A program made the position numbers and the translations under genes. The notes beneath the pieces are model-generated. The model saw only the letters and a list, made by a program, of their open reading frames with translations, had not been told where the DNA came from and ran no database searches. Below, piece by piece: positions 1 to 13,049 of a stretch of DNA of 64,000 nt. How positions within the stretch are numbered: position 1 is the stretch's first letter; each line of letters starts with the position of its first letter. The stretch is from Squalus acanthias (taxonomy: Eukaryota): contig CM059434.1 of NCBI GenBank assembly GCA_030390025.1, forward strand, positions 132,494,001-132,558,000, read 5' to 3'.

Positions 1-809
1 AGGGACCATAATGGGTTTGTTTGGATATGACTGATAGTAGAGTGCTGGATTCCAACTAATTCTTCATAAACCTCTTGAATTAATTATCAAGCGCTGCCAA
101 TGTTTTGCACCTAGGCGCATATTACAAAATGCTACTAATATAAAGCAATTTCTGGTAGAAATGAGAGTTGCTTCATACAAGGAGCTTTTTCTTTGGGTTT
201 TCATTAAAATGTAATATTCGGTGTACTGATTCATGTTTTGTAGCATCCACCTTGAAGTACTGAAGTGCTGAATTGAAGCTTTCAAAATATTTATTATCCT
301 GAGTCACTGACTTGTGTATCTGCAAATTTGAAACTATAATTAAGGAAGTGACCACCTCTGACCTATCGTGCTTCATTGTGCACAGTAACGCAAGTTGCAG
401 GAAATGTTTTGTTGGGAATGGAGACTTAACTTCTGATTCCAGCATTGACTCTAATTCCGCATCACTCAATCTCTGTCTTTCTGGCCATTTTTGTTTTGCT
501 TGATCCTGTTAAGCTTCTAGCTGGGGCTGTCTGAGAAGGGAGCGGACACTGATCCGTCCTGTCATGTTGACAGGGAGTGTGATGTATTCTGGAGCTTCCT
601 GGCTTTTTATGAATTGAGAAAGCTCAGTGAGCTGGAGGACCATGGCAGAGCAGAGCAGGAGAGAAAAAAACAAGTGAATGGACAAGCAGTGTTGAGGTGA
701 CTACAAGGTTGGGTCTTAAAAACCTGTAAATTTTAGAAATAATGGAAGATTATTGGAGGAGATGGGAAAGGAATTTCACAGATTTGAATGACACTGAGAG
801 AGCTTGGTA

Positions 810-1372
810 ACAACAAATAGAACTTGCATTTATGTAGCGACTTTAATGTAGAAAAATGTCCAACGGTGCTTCAGAGTCGTAAGAAATAAAATTGGACACC
901 GAGCCAAAGGAGCAGATATTAGGATGAGTAACCAAAAGCTTGGGCAATGAGCTAGGTTTTAAAAAGCGTCTTAAAGGAGCTAGAGGAGTTTAGGGAGAGA
1001 ATTGCAGAGCATTATGGCATAAGGCATCACTGCCAATGGCAGGATGAAATGGGGAGGGTGCACCACATGCCAGAGGAATGGCAAGTTTTGCTGGGGGCGG
1101 GTTGTTGGACTGGAGGAAGTTAGAGATGGGAAGGGATGAGGGCATGGAGGGAGTTACACAATGATTAGAATTTTACATTTGAGTCTTCAGGGGACTGGGA
1201 GCCAATATAGACCAGCAAGGAATGGGGTGGTGGGCAAGCAAGACTTGGTGCAAGATAGGATATGGGCAACAAGGTTTTGGATGAGCTGGAGTTTATGGAG
1301 GGTGGATGATGAGATGCCGGCCAAGAACGCATTGAAATAAATGAGCCTTGAAGTGATGAGGGTTTCAGTGTA
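810..1372 (-). mobile_element. L2-clade LINE 3' fragment
   Basis: Encodes LITSRLIYFNAFLAGISSSTLHKLQLIQN, like the L2 ORF2 C-terminus, and has the L2-type 3' tail (reverse complement of ACTTGCATTTATGTAGC). Confidence 0.8.
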
Positions 1373-1479
1373 GAGGTTGCCAACTCTGATTGGAGGCATT
1401 CCTGGAGGTTTGAACACATGATGTTCTGACCATGTGACTTCTGGTCACGTGACAGCTGATCACTAGTTCCCTGAGCCCC

Positions 1480-1830
1480 TCTCAAGCTCCCATTCCCCAG
1501 TCACCCAAGCCCCCATTACGCAGTCTCCCTCTCTCCTTGAACATGCCCCCCCCCCCACAGGCCCCATTCCATAGTTGTCTTCCTCCCCAGCCGTCCTCCT
1601 TCCCCCCCCCCCCCCAAAACCCATTCCCCAGTCGTCCTCCTCCCCCCCCCCCCCCCCGAAACCTATTCCCCAGTCGTCCTCCTCTCTTCCCCCCCCCCCT
1701 CCCCGAAACCCATTCCCCAGTCCTCCTCTCTTTCTCCCCCCCCCCCCCCCCCCCCCCAACCCAGTCCTCCTCTTGCCCCACCCGAGCCCCCAGTCTCCAT
1801 CCCCTACCCCAATTGCCAACTCCTGACACC
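1480..1830. repeat. C-rich imperfect tandem repeat, unit approximately CCCATTCCCCAGTCGTCCTCCTC(C)nGAAA
   Basis: About 5 degenerate units with long C runs. These account for the spurious Pro/Gly-rich ORFs. Confidence 0.8.
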
Positions 1831-2603
1831 CTGAAGCCCCACCAATTGCCGACAACAGCCAGTCCCAGCTCCCTGTGGAGGTGACGTCGCCGGGATGGAG
1901 GCGGGAAATTACACAGTGGAGCCTAAGTGCAACTGGCACCTGAATGTAAACTGAACAGGAGGTAGAGCGGTGTCCCAAAATTCACTCACCCCGCACAGGG
2001 ACAGACTGCACTGCAACAAACCTTTCTCCCCAGTTGCCAGCAGTGAAATGTTTTCAGAACTTTTGTTTGCAATTCATAATTGCATTCTGCTCGAAATGTC
2101 GGCATATAGCGTGACTCATAGTTGAATCAGTGCTTTAGGTGAGATTTTGTAGTATTTGATTCATAAGAATTGGCTTGATCAGTAAATTAAGTTGAAATTG
2201 CCTGCGTCAGGAATGAAGATCGCTGGGCCAAATTTCTGTATATTTTTGGTACATACTTGCTTTTGCTTCCTGCTGAGCCATCACAAGTTACTGAGTGGAG
2301 ACATTCATAAAAACAGATGGGTAGAGTTGTGCATTAAACATTGGTCAACTTAACAATAAAATGTTTTGAAGCTTGCACAGGGTGGCTGGGCGTTGATTTG
2401 GTAACGGTTTATTTGTAAATTTCACCTCTTGGAGAAGTTTTCCAATTTTTTACATTCCAATTCTTTCCCAATTGGAGCAATAGATACTCCATGTTTTATT
2501 GCATTTTTGATCTTTGTCCTCCGCCTTTTCCCCTAGGTTACCCCGAACTGCAACTCTGGCTCTGAGGACTTTGAATAGCAGAGCTCAGTGGCATGAAGAC
2601 GTT

Positions 2604-2830
2604 GGGGGTGAAATTCAACTTTGATGGTAGTGCAAAGTGGGCGATAACGAATTGGCAGCCTGTTTTACACCCCGCCCGATTTTCAGTGGAATGATTTCAG
2701 TGGGGTGAAGTTTTTTTTCCTGTTTTTGCACAACTGCCGAAATCGAATTTCCCTCTTCCTTACACCCCCTCCCCCCCTCCCAATTACACCTAGTGTGCTC
2801 CTGAAGTTGGTCACTGCTAAAACTCTGAAG
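2604..2830 (+). mobile_element. Fragment of a non-autonomous DNA transposon (Harbinger-like terminus)
   Basis: Starts GGGGGTGAAATT, similar to the TIR of the 28364-29226 element. Locally CpG-rich. Confidence 0.4.
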
Positions 2831-3199
2831 CCATTTTGTAAGTTGCTGTTGGAACATCAGTGATAGGAGTATAGTGAATAAGCATTCTGTTATGTAACCT
2901 CTTGGAACTGGAGTTGAATCTAGCCCAGACGAACAGGCTGGAAATTTCTTCTTTCTGCTAGATGGACTTCCTGGTTTTGGATAAAATGAGGTTGGGCATT
3001 TTCTACTGTGTCCCTAAAAGATGCAAGACTACAGCACAAAGCTACCTTTATTTTGGTATTAAACTGACAACTTTACTTAAGGAACATAAAGATGGTCAAT
3101 GTAGGAAACAGACAGGTCACAGGTGCAATTGGACTGTCTTAAATTGGGTTTAAGGCACAAGGTTCAACTCTTAAGATATAACTTGCATCTACTCCATGC

Positions 3200-3700
3200 T
3201 ACACTTGATCTGGGATTGTCTGACCGGGGTTGGCCCTACACCTGATCTGGGAGTGCCTGGTTTGACCAGGGTTGGCCCTACATCTGATCTGGGAGTGTCT
3301 GGTTTGACTGGGATTGGCCCTACATCTGATCTGGGAGTGTCTGGTTTGACTGGGATTGGCCCTACATCTGATCTGGGAGTGTCTGGTTTGACTGGGATTG
3401 GCCCTACATCTGATCTGGGAGTGTCTGGTTTGACTGGGATTGGCCCTACACCTGATCTGGGAGTGTCTGGTTTGACTGGGATTGGCCCTACATCTGATCT
3501 GGGAGTGTCTGGTTTGACTGGGATTGGCCCTACACCTGATCTGGGAGTGTCTGGTTTGACTGGGATTGGCCCTACATCTGATCTGGGAGTGTCTGGTTTG
3601 ACTGGGATTGGCCCTACACCTGATCTGGGAGTGTCTGGTTTGACCGGGGTTGGCCCTACATCTGATCTGCGAGTGTCTGGTTTGACCGGGGTTGGCCCTA
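3200..3700. repeat. 42-bp minisatellite, ~12 copies (TCTGATCTGGGAGTGTCTGGTTTGACTGGGATTGGCCCTACA)
   Basis: Tandem array visible directly; 14-aa periodicity in the ORFs on both strands. Confidence 0.97.
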
Positions 3701-4342
3701 TGGGGGAGTGTTTGTCACGGACACTTAATATAAAAGAATGAATAAGGTTTCTGTTGTCTGGCACAGGGGTCTTTTAACTGGTCACAAAAATGAATTAAAA
3801 TCATATTTTAAATGTTTAGAGGATTGTGCAGCTTTAAGATCATGCTGGTAGGAATTAGCTTTTGACTTACAAATGTAAGAGTTTTTGCTGAAGTAAGTAT
3901 AATTATATGGGGTAAAAATTTCAAGTCTCATTTTATGTAACGTTTGTTAGATCAGTGTTAAATAATTGAAGAATCATTGCTTGTACTTCATGTAGGTCGA
4001 TGCATGATAACGGGTACTTTGTGCTGCTTTGATTTTAATACATTTGGAAATACAAAGTAGGCAGGTTGACAAAATGAAGCAGTACTTGAGTGATCTGCCA
4101 CTAATTCTCATTTTTCTGCAGGGGCTATGGCCCGTTTGTGATACCTTTGACGGTCAGGTTTTATTAAAGTAGTACAGATTTTTTCAAAAAACCCTTTTTT
4201 TCATGACCCTTCATGAAAGAAATGTTAAATATTTGGGAAGTGGGGGAAAAATTTAAGCCCAAACAGTCTTTTGTTATATTTTTTTTAAGTATGTTTCTGC
4301 GTATGACAGCTAAGATGCAGGGTAGGGCAATTTTCCCTCTCC

Positions 4343-4445
4343 ATTCAAGAAGGCGGCTCACCACCACCTTCTCGAGGGCAATTAGGGATGGGCAATAAAT
4401 GCTGGCCTTGCCAGCGACGACCACATCCCATAAACAAATTTAAAA
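4343..4445 (+). mobile_element. 3' end of a CR1-like LINE (same family as 34905-36170)
   Basis: TTCAAGAAGGCGGCTCACCACCACCTTCTCGAGGGCAATTAGGGATGGGCAATAAATGCTGGCC matches the reverse complement of 34910-34995. Confidence 0.8.
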
Positions 4446-5506
4446 AAAACATTGTCCCGTGAAGGTTAGTTGTACTGCAGATTAGACATTGAGCAAAGCT
4501 CACACTACAGTACCTTAAGCCCTGCCCTCCAAAGACCATCCACTGATTAACTTTGCGAATATTGAGATTGCCAATTCAGTCCCAAATTTTGGGCACAGTG
4601 CATTTGTGGTCACCAGGGGTTGAGACTGCCCAAACTCATTTCATTTAGGAACGTCACAGCTGGGTGAATGAAGGGACTTCTGTTGTGTCTGGGCTGGCTT
4701 CAAATATCTGCCTCTGTGGTTGGTTGGGAAGCCGGGGCTTCTAGATTAGTGTGCTGCCTTACATATTTTTTTAAATTAGTTTTGTATTTTCCTTCCTCCA
4801 AGCAAGCTGGGTAGATAATCTGACAAAGTGTCATCCATGTTGATTCAGCCTTAATTTTCTTTCACTTTGTAGAGAACCACTTGGTATTTTGTTCCCTCTG
4901 GGACAATAATATGTTTAAATGCCATTCTCAAATTAATATTTTAATGTGATCTAAAATGAAATCTCATGTTTCTTGTATGCATGCCCCAACTATTTGAACC
5001 CTTTCCGAATCACTTCAATCAGGTAATCTATTATGAAGTTGGTTCGTTTTTTGAAGTTCACATTTTGGAGCCTTTAGTAACAAGTTTCAATATAAGTTTT
5101 CAGAACGCAGCACTAGAACAATAAATAACCATTGCATAAAATTCCTAAGGGTTTAATAAAGTCTTTGAAATTTGAATTAAAATAAAAGGGCAAGTTGTGT
5201 AGATTGAGGTAACGTCTGTCTGTCAACTTCAGTAATTACTGTGTACTCCCTGTTTCAAAGAAATCTGATTTGAACAGTTCTATTTGGGCATCATAGTAGC
5301 CGAACCAGTAATCACCCAACTTCAGGCACATGCACTGTCCAGTTTGGGTTATGGGGATCGTTTGCAGCATCTCAATTGGCATCCCAGCTGAGATCAGCTA
5401 ACTGAGTACAGTCTGGGATTGAAGCTAGGACCTTCTTGTCAATAAGGCTTAGTTACAAGTTGGCTTGAACAGTCAGTAGCACTTGTAGGTCTCCTTGAAC
5501 ATTATC

Positions 5507-5645
5507 CCACATTACAACAGTGACTACACTCCAAAAGTACTTCATTGGCAGTAAAGCACTTTGAGACGTCCAGTGGTTGTGAAAGACGCTATATAAATGC
5601 AAGTCTGTCTTTCTGTCTTTCTTTCTCTTTCTTTCTCTCTCTCTC
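5507..5645 (+). mobile_element. 3' tail of a SacSINE1-like SINE
   Basis: ACATTACAACAGTGACTACAC...GCTATATAAATGCAAGTC followed by a (CTTT)n tail, shared with the full-length copies in this window. Confidence 0.8.
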
Positions 5646-5816
5646 CACAAAAAATATATCCAGGTATTTACCCAATTGTGCTGTTAATTGGATTTAGTGT
5701 GTAATGGTGTTTTTTTTAAATCAAAATACTTGTATAGTTTATTGCCTCAAGTATGAAGAACAAAACTTTTATGCATCTTCAGCAAGTATCCATTGCTCAT
5801 GCACCTTAACGTGGCA

Positions 5817-8800
5817 TTTTCAAATGCTCTCTCTGGATGTACAGACCAGTTTCAAATGCTCTCTCTGGATGTACATACCAGTTTCAAATGCTCTCTCTGG
5901 ATGTACAGACCAGTTTCTAATGCTCTCTCTGGATGTACATACCAGTTTCTAATGCTCTCTCTGGATGTACAGACCAGTTTGAAATGTTCTCTCTGGATGT
6001 ACAGACCAGTTTCTGATGCTCTCTCTGGATGTACAGACCAGTTTCTGATGCTCTCTCTGGATGTACAGACCAGTTTCTGATGCTCTCTCTGGATGTACAT
6101 ACCAGTTTCTAATGCTCTCTCTGGATGTACAGACCAGTTTGAAATGCTCTCTCTGGATGTACAGACCAGTTTCTGATGCTCTCTCTGGATGTACAGGCCA
6201 GTTTCTAATGCTCTCTCTGGATGTACAGGCCAGTTTCTAATGCTCTCTCTGGATGTACAGGCCAGTTTCTAATGCTCTCTCTGGATGTACAGGCCAGTTT
6301 CTGATGCTCTCTCTGGATGTACAGGCCAGTTTCTGATGCTCTCTCTGGATGTACAGACCAGTTTCTGATGCTCTCTCTGGATGTACAGACCAGTTTCTAA
6401 TGCTCTCTCTGGATGTACAGACCAGTTTCTGATGCTCTCTCTGGATGTACAGACCAGTTTGAAATGCTCTCTCTGGATGTACAGACCAGTTTCTGATGCT
6501 CTCTCTGGATGTACATACCAGTTTCAAATGCTCTCTCTGGATGTACAGACCAGTTTCTGATGCTCTCTCTGGATGTACAGACCAGTTTCTGATGCTCTCT
6601 CTGGATGTACAGACCAGTTTCTGATGCTCTCTCTGGATGTACAGACCAGTTTCTGATGCTCTCTCTGGATGTACAGACCAGTTTCAAATGCTCTCTCTGG
6701 ATGTACAGACCAGTTTCTGATGCTCTCTCTGGATGTACATACCAGTTTCAAATGCTCTCTCTGGATGTACAGACCAGTTTCTGATGCTCTCTCTGGATGT
6801 ACAGGCCAGTTTCTGATGCTCTCTCTGGATGTACAGACCAGTTTCTGATGCTCTCTCTGGATGTACAGGCCAGTTTCTGATGCTCTCTCTGGATGTACAG
6901 ACCAGTTTCTAATGCTCTCTCTGGATGTACAGGCCAGTTTGAAATGCTCTCTCTGGATGTACAGACCAGTTTCTAATGCTCTCTCTGGATGTACAGGCCA
7001 GTTTCTGATGCTCTCTCTGGATGTACAGACCAGTTTCTGATGCTCTCTCTGGATGTACGGGCCAGTTTCTGATGCTCTCTCTGGATGTACAGGCCAGTTT
7101 CTGATGCTCTCTCTGGATGTACAGACCAGTTTCTGATGCTCTCTCTGGATGTACAGGCCAGTTTCTGATGCTCTCTCTGGATGTACAGGCCAGTTTGAAA
7201 TGCTCTCTCTGGATGTACAGACCAGTTTCTAATGCTCTCTCTGGATGTACAGACCAGTTTCTGATGCTCTCTCTGGATGTACAGACCAGTTTCTGATGCT
7301 CTCTCTGGATGTACAGGCCAGTTTCTGATGCTCTCTCTGGATGTACAGACCAGTTTCTGATGCTCTCTCTGGATGTACGGGCCAGTTTCTGATGCTCTCT
7401 CTGGATGTACAGGCCAGTTTCTGATGCTCTCTCTGGATGTACAGACCAGTTTCTGATGCTCTCTCTGGATGTACAGGCCAGTTTCTGATGCTCTCTCTGG
7501 ATGTACAGGCCAGTTTGAAATGCTCTCTCTGGATGTACAGACCAGTTTCTGATGCTCTCTCTGGATGTACAGACCAGTTTCTGATGCTCTCTCTGGATGT
7601 ACAGACCAGTTTCTGATGCTCTCTCTGGATGTACAGGCCAGTTTCTGATGCTCTCTCTGGATGTACAGACCAGTTTCTGATGCTCTCTCTGGATGTACAG
7701 ACCAGTTTCTGATGCTCTCTCTGGATGTACAGACCAGTTTCTGATGCTCTCTCTGGATGTACAGACCAGTTTCTGATGCTCTCTCTGGATGTACAGACCA
7801 GTTTCTGATGCTCTCTCTGGATGTACAGACCAGTTTCTGATGCTCTCTCTGGATGTACAGGCCAGTTTCTGATGCTCTCTCTGGATGTACAGACCAGTTT
7901 CTGATGCTCTCTCTGGATGTACAGGCCAGTTTGAAATGCTCTCTCTGGATGTACAGACCAGTTTCTGATGCTCTCTCTGGATGTACAGACCAGTTTCTGA
8001 TGCTCTCTCTGGATGTACAGACCAGTTTCTGATGCTCTCTCTGGATGTACAGACCAGTTTCTGATGCTCTCTCTGGATGTACAGACCAGTTTCTGATGCT
8101 CTCTCTGGATGTACAGGCCAGTTTCTGATGCTCTCTCTGGATGTACAGACCAGTTTCTGATGCTCTCTCTGGATGTACAGGCCAGTTTCTGATGCTCTCT
8201 CTGGATGTACAGACCAGTTTCTGATGCTCTCTCTGGATGTACAGACCAGTTTCTGATGCTCTCTCTGGATGTACAGACCAGTTTCTGATGCTCTCTCTGG
8301 ATGTACAGACCAGTTTCTGATGCTCTCTCTGGATGTACAGGCCAGTTTCTGATGCTCTCTCTGGATGTACAGACCAGTTTCTGATGCTCTCTCTGGATGT
8401 ACAGGCCAGTTTCTGATGCTCTCTCTGGATGTACAGGCCAGTTTCTGATGCTCTCTCTGGATGTACAGACCAGTTTCTGATGCTCTCTCTGGATGTACAG
8501 ACCAGTTTCTGATGCTCTCTCTGGATGTACAGACCAGTTTCTGATGCTCTCTCTGGATGTACAGACCAGTTTCTGATGCTCTCTCTGGATGTACAGACCA
8601 GTTTCTGATGCTCTCTCTGGATGTACAGGCCAGTTTCTGATGCTCTCTCTGGATGTACAGGCCAGTTTCTGATGCTCTCTCTGGATGTACAGGCCAGTTT
8701 CTGATGCTCTCTCTGGATGTACAGACCAGTTTCTGATGCTCTCTCTGGATGTACAGGCCAGTTTCTGATGCTCTCTCTGGATGTACAGGCCAGTTTCTAA

Positions 8801-9530
8801 TGCTCTCTCTGGATGTACAGACCAGTTTCTGATGCTCTCTCTGGATGTACAGGCCAGTTTCTGATGCTCTCTCTGGATGTACAGACCAGTTTCTGATGCT
8901 CTCTCTGGATGTACAGACCAGTTTCTGATGCTCTCTCTGGATGTACAGACCAGTTTCTGATGCTCTCTCTGGATGTACAGACCAGTTTCTGATGCTCTCT
9001 CTGGATGTACAGGCCAGTTTCTGATGCTCTCTCTGGATGTACAGACCAGTTTCTGATGCTCTCTCTGGATGTACAGGCCAGTTTCTGATGCTCTCTCTGG
9101 ATGTACAGACCAGTTTCTGATGCTCTCTCTGGATGTACAGACCAGTTTCTGATGCTCTCTCTGGATGTACAGACCAGTTTCTGATGCTCTCTCTGGATGT
9201 ACAGACCAGTTTCTGATGCTCTCTCTGGATGTACAGGCCAGTTTCTGATGCTCTCTCTGGATGTACAGACCAGTTTCTGATGCTCTCTCTGGATGTACAG
9301 GCCAGTTTCTGATGCTCTCTCTGGATGTACAGGCCAGTTTCTGATGCTCTCTCTGGGTGTACAGGCCAGTTTCTGATGCTCTCTCTGGGTGTACAGGCCA
9401 GTTTCTGATGCTCTCTCTGGATGTACGGGCCAGTTTCTGATGCTCTCTCTGGATGTACGGACCAGTTTCTGATGCTCTCTCTGGATGTACGGACCAGTTT
9501 CTGATGCTCTCTCTGGATGTACGGGCCAGT
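5817..9530. repeat. 32-bp tandem satellite, ~116 copies (GTTTCTGATGCTCTCTCTGGATGTACAGACCA)
   Basis: Uninterrupted head-to-tail array. Variation is concentrated at two sites (CTGA/CTAA/CAAA/GAAA and AGAC/AGGC/ATAC/GGGC). Confidence 0.99.
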
Positions 9531-10532
9531 CTCTCTGTTGTGCAGCTGGCAGGAATGTCAGCAGCTTTTCAAACTTTCCTTTTCAAGCATTTTTTTGGGT
9601 TCATTTGGGAATTCGCAGTTAGTGGAAAAAGCTCAAAGTCAGACCTTAGCTGAAGCTTTTATGTTCACAGCTTAATGTATCCTCGAGGCACTAATTGGAA
9701 GGAGAAAAAAAATCACATTTCTTTCAAGCTCCAGGGTGCAGTATGATGATGAAATTGTGTTTGTCCAGAAATCACTTGCTTACAAAATGTTACTTTATTA
9801 ATGATCCTTGAATGTGGTTGTCTGAGATTTTGCAATGAATTTTAGATACTTCACACTAGAAAATATTAAAAGATAAACCGCCTTGTTCCAGCAGGAATGG
9901 TGCGTGTGCGCGTACAGATGTTTATTTTTTCTGGTGTAGGGTGACCCACCTGTCCAGATTTTGAACAGGGTTTTAGAAATAGAAACCCAAAGATTAAGAG
10001 AGGGACAGAAAAATTCTCTGCAATTTGTATTCTTACGGACTCAGTTGAAGACATGTATTCTCAAGAGGCGCAAAACCACAGGCAGAGCTTTCCAGATAAA
10101 AGTGTGAAGAAACAAAGACTTGCATTTATGTAGTACTTGACCATATCTGAAAAACACCTTCAGGCGCTTCATGGACAGTGAATTACTTTGAACTGCAGTG
10201 ACTGTTGCTATCCAGGGTACATTATTCCTGATAATGATGCCCCTCCCACGTATTAGAATTAAGAGTATATTATTTCTTTACTCTTGATGATTTATGCTTG
10301 ACACCACGAACAGCTGTTGCCCTGAATTATCTTCTCCATAAATAGCTATTTGTCTTTGCTGTTTCCTTGCCCCTGGTATTGTGTTCTATTCTTCATGTCA
10401 GTGTTAGACCTGCTGCTTTGAATGAATGAATTTTTTCCCAAGCCGCCATCCTCAGCACTTTGCAGAAGGAATGTTCTCAGCATTGCCTATGTTTCTAGTT
10501 AAATCAGTTTGAGCAGGAGGGAGATGTGCAGA

Positions 10533-10578
10533 AGGAGGAGGAGGAGGAGGAGGAGGAGGAGGAGAAGAGGAAGAGAAG
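10533..10578. repeat. (GGA)n microsatellite
   Basis: Visible directly. Confidence 0.9.
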
Positions 10579-10619
10579 TTGTTGGTTTTTCATCTGCAGA
10601 GATAAAAATTTACCAGATT

Positions 10620-10885
10620 CAAGGAGATGATGGCGAAAGAACCAAGGGGTAGTTGAGGAGAATTTATTTTACGCAGCGAGTTGTTGTGATCTGGAATGCA
10701 CTGCCTGAAAGGGTGGTGGAAGCAGATTCAATAACTACTTTCAAAATGGAATTGGATATATACTTGAAATAGGAAAAATTTGCAGGGCTATGGGGAGTGG
10801 GACTTAGTGAATAGCTCTTTCAAAGAGCTGGCACAGGCTCATTGGCCCAAATAGCTGCCTCCTTTGCTATATGATTCTAAGATTA
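10620..10885 (+). mobile_element. CR1 LINE 3' fragment
   Basis: TTTACGCAGCGAGTTGTT..TGGAATGCACTGCCTGAAAGGGTGGTGGAAGCAG (FTQRVV..WNALP-type) and an ATGATTCT tail. Confidence 0.85.
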
Positions 10886-11379
10886 ATCAGCTCATAATCT
10901 GTGCTAATAAGAGACTTGTTCTTATCTTTGAGTTTTAAATAATCTGAAGTGCTAATTTTGACTTTTGGTCGATTACTTTTCATTTTTAACCTTTGTCGCT
11001 CACTTCCACCTTCACCTTTGTTGCAGTACTAGTATGGCTCCATTATATGCATTCTGATTCTGTTAGAATACAGTGATTTACCCATTGTAACTCATCTGGA
11101 TGCTTTGTTACAAGCTCAATGTTCAGCTGCCCCACTCTTTTTTAAAGTTTCAAAATGTGTTCTCTCGTTCCTGAATGACATCCTGTGGTACACACAAGAA
11201 TGCCACCAGTTGTTGAATCATCTGTTTGAGTAAAGTTTTTTTGTGTGTCTATTGAATTAAGGCAATTAAAGTCTGGAATAAAGAGCACAGAATTGTGTTA
11301 AATAACTTTTATTTTGTTGCATAGAGTATGTGCAGAGTGGGCTTGAAGAGGGACCATTTCTGCTCCTGGCTTTGCACAG

Positions 11380-12300
11380 AGTGGGTGGAGCTGGGAGGAA
11401 TTTCCAGGATTCTGACCCAGCGGCAATGGTGAAACAGGCAATACATGTCCAAGTCAGGATGGTGTGCGAATTAGAGGGTAACTTGGAGGTGACAGTTTTG
11501 CCATAACATTGCTACTTTTGCACTTCTCGGTGCTAGAGGTAGCAGGGGAGAGAAGAACGAGCTGTCAGAAGTGAGTTTGGTGAGTTGCTGCTGCATACGT
11601 TCTGTGGATCGTGCATACTGCAGCCACAGTGCACCAGTGATGGATGGAGTTAATATTGAGTCCAGTGGTATGGGTACTGATCCAGAAAACTTCTCTGTCC
11701 TGGCTGGTGTTGAACTTCTTGAGTGTTGTGGCTATACCCATCCAGGCGAGTGGTGAGTATTCCATCACACTCTAGATTTGAACCTTGTAGATTTTGGAGA
11801 GGCTTTGAGGGAGTCAGGAGTTGAACCACTCATCGTAGAATACCCATCTTCTGCCCTGGTCTTGTATTCACGGTGTTGATCTGGCTGGCTCAGTTAAGTT
11901 TCTGGTCATTGGTTGCTGATAATAATGGTGGACTTGGCGAGGGTAATGTCATTGAAAGAAAAGGAGAGATGTCTATGCTTTCTCTTGCTCAGGATGGCCA
12001 TTACCCAAAACCTATGTGGCACGAATGTTACCTGCATGGGCTGCCTCATTATTGAAATATTTGTGAATGGTGCTGAACTCTGTGAAATCATCAGCGACCA
12101 GCCCACTCCTGACCTTGTGCCAGGAAAGCCATTGATGAAGCAGCTGAAGACAACGGGGCTAGGACCCTAGGACTGCAGTGATGTTCTGGCCTGTAACAAC
12201 CACAATCGTCTTCCTTTGCAGGTATGACTCCATCCATTGGAAAATTTTCCCTTTAAGCCCGGTTGTCTTCAGTTTTGCTAAGCCTGCTTGGTGCCATTAG
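11380..12300 (-). mobile_element. Degraded CR1-like LINE (family of 34905-36170)
   Basis: The minus-strand peptides MEYSPLAW and MQVTFVPH are collinear with those of the 35-kb copy. Confidence 0.8.
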
Positions 12301-13049
12301 TTTAAGTTCTGTATGTATCAGAAATGGGTACACTGGTAAGCATAGGAATTTGTTCGCAGCAACTCGTAATACTACTTAGCCTTTTGGTCCCGTGCTTGCA
12401 GTTGACACGGAGAGGGATGTTTGGAATCAATACTTGCTCGCCTTTCCCCCTATTGATCAAAGTGACATCAAGAAAAATGGCACGCCGAAAACAAAACCAT
12501 GAAATATTTAATTGTCGGAGCCATTATATCCTACCTTTCATATGGATAATGGCAGGGCAGAGGTCCCAAGCTCCTCAGTCCTGCAGCTCTTGCAGTTATT
12601 GATAAATGGAATCGTAGGAGTGTGAACAAATCCTGTTCACATTTAGGTAATGACTTTGGGGAGTCCTGCGAGGCTCCGGCTGACAAAACAAACTGTTGTA
12701 GGATTATATTTTGTTAAATTATTGATCTGTCATTGTAGCCTGTTTGTTAATCGTTAAGGTTTTAATTAGAACTCTAAGTCTAAATGTCAGATCAAGGAGG
12801 AGAGGCAGTAATGACGACAGAATGCCTCTCCAAAGGGGGGAGAGAAAAGGGAGTTACAGAAATGGGGAACAGGAGAGAATAAATCGTGGAGCATCTGATG
12901 TATAGGACAGTTTAAGAGCCATTTTCTGGGAATAATAGAGTTGCTTCTGGTCCCATTTACTTGGCTTAATGATCAAACTATTTAAATTATTTTAATCATG
13001 TCATCACTTGTGCTTTAGAATTGTATGATATCAAAGGTAAAGTTAAATC

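Noticed and set aside
64-660. ORF 173-469 (SDAELESMLESE...) as a transposase relic or exon
   Set aside because: No recognisable catalytic motif or family, stops on both sides, and no clear splice sites. It would need tBLASTn/HMM support.
1463-1978. Gly-rich and Pro-rich ORFs
   Set aside because: Translations of C-run low-complexity DNA.
4100-4160. Possible + strand host exon (TTTTCTGCAG...CAGGT)
   Set aside because: No frame matches SND1 and the donor is weak.
5817-9530. 32-bp repeat array as a CRISPR array or as a coding region
   Set aside because: Units are contiguous with no unique spacers, there are no cas genes, and the context is eukaryotic. The ORFs are artefacts of the 96-bp (3-unit) frame periodicity.
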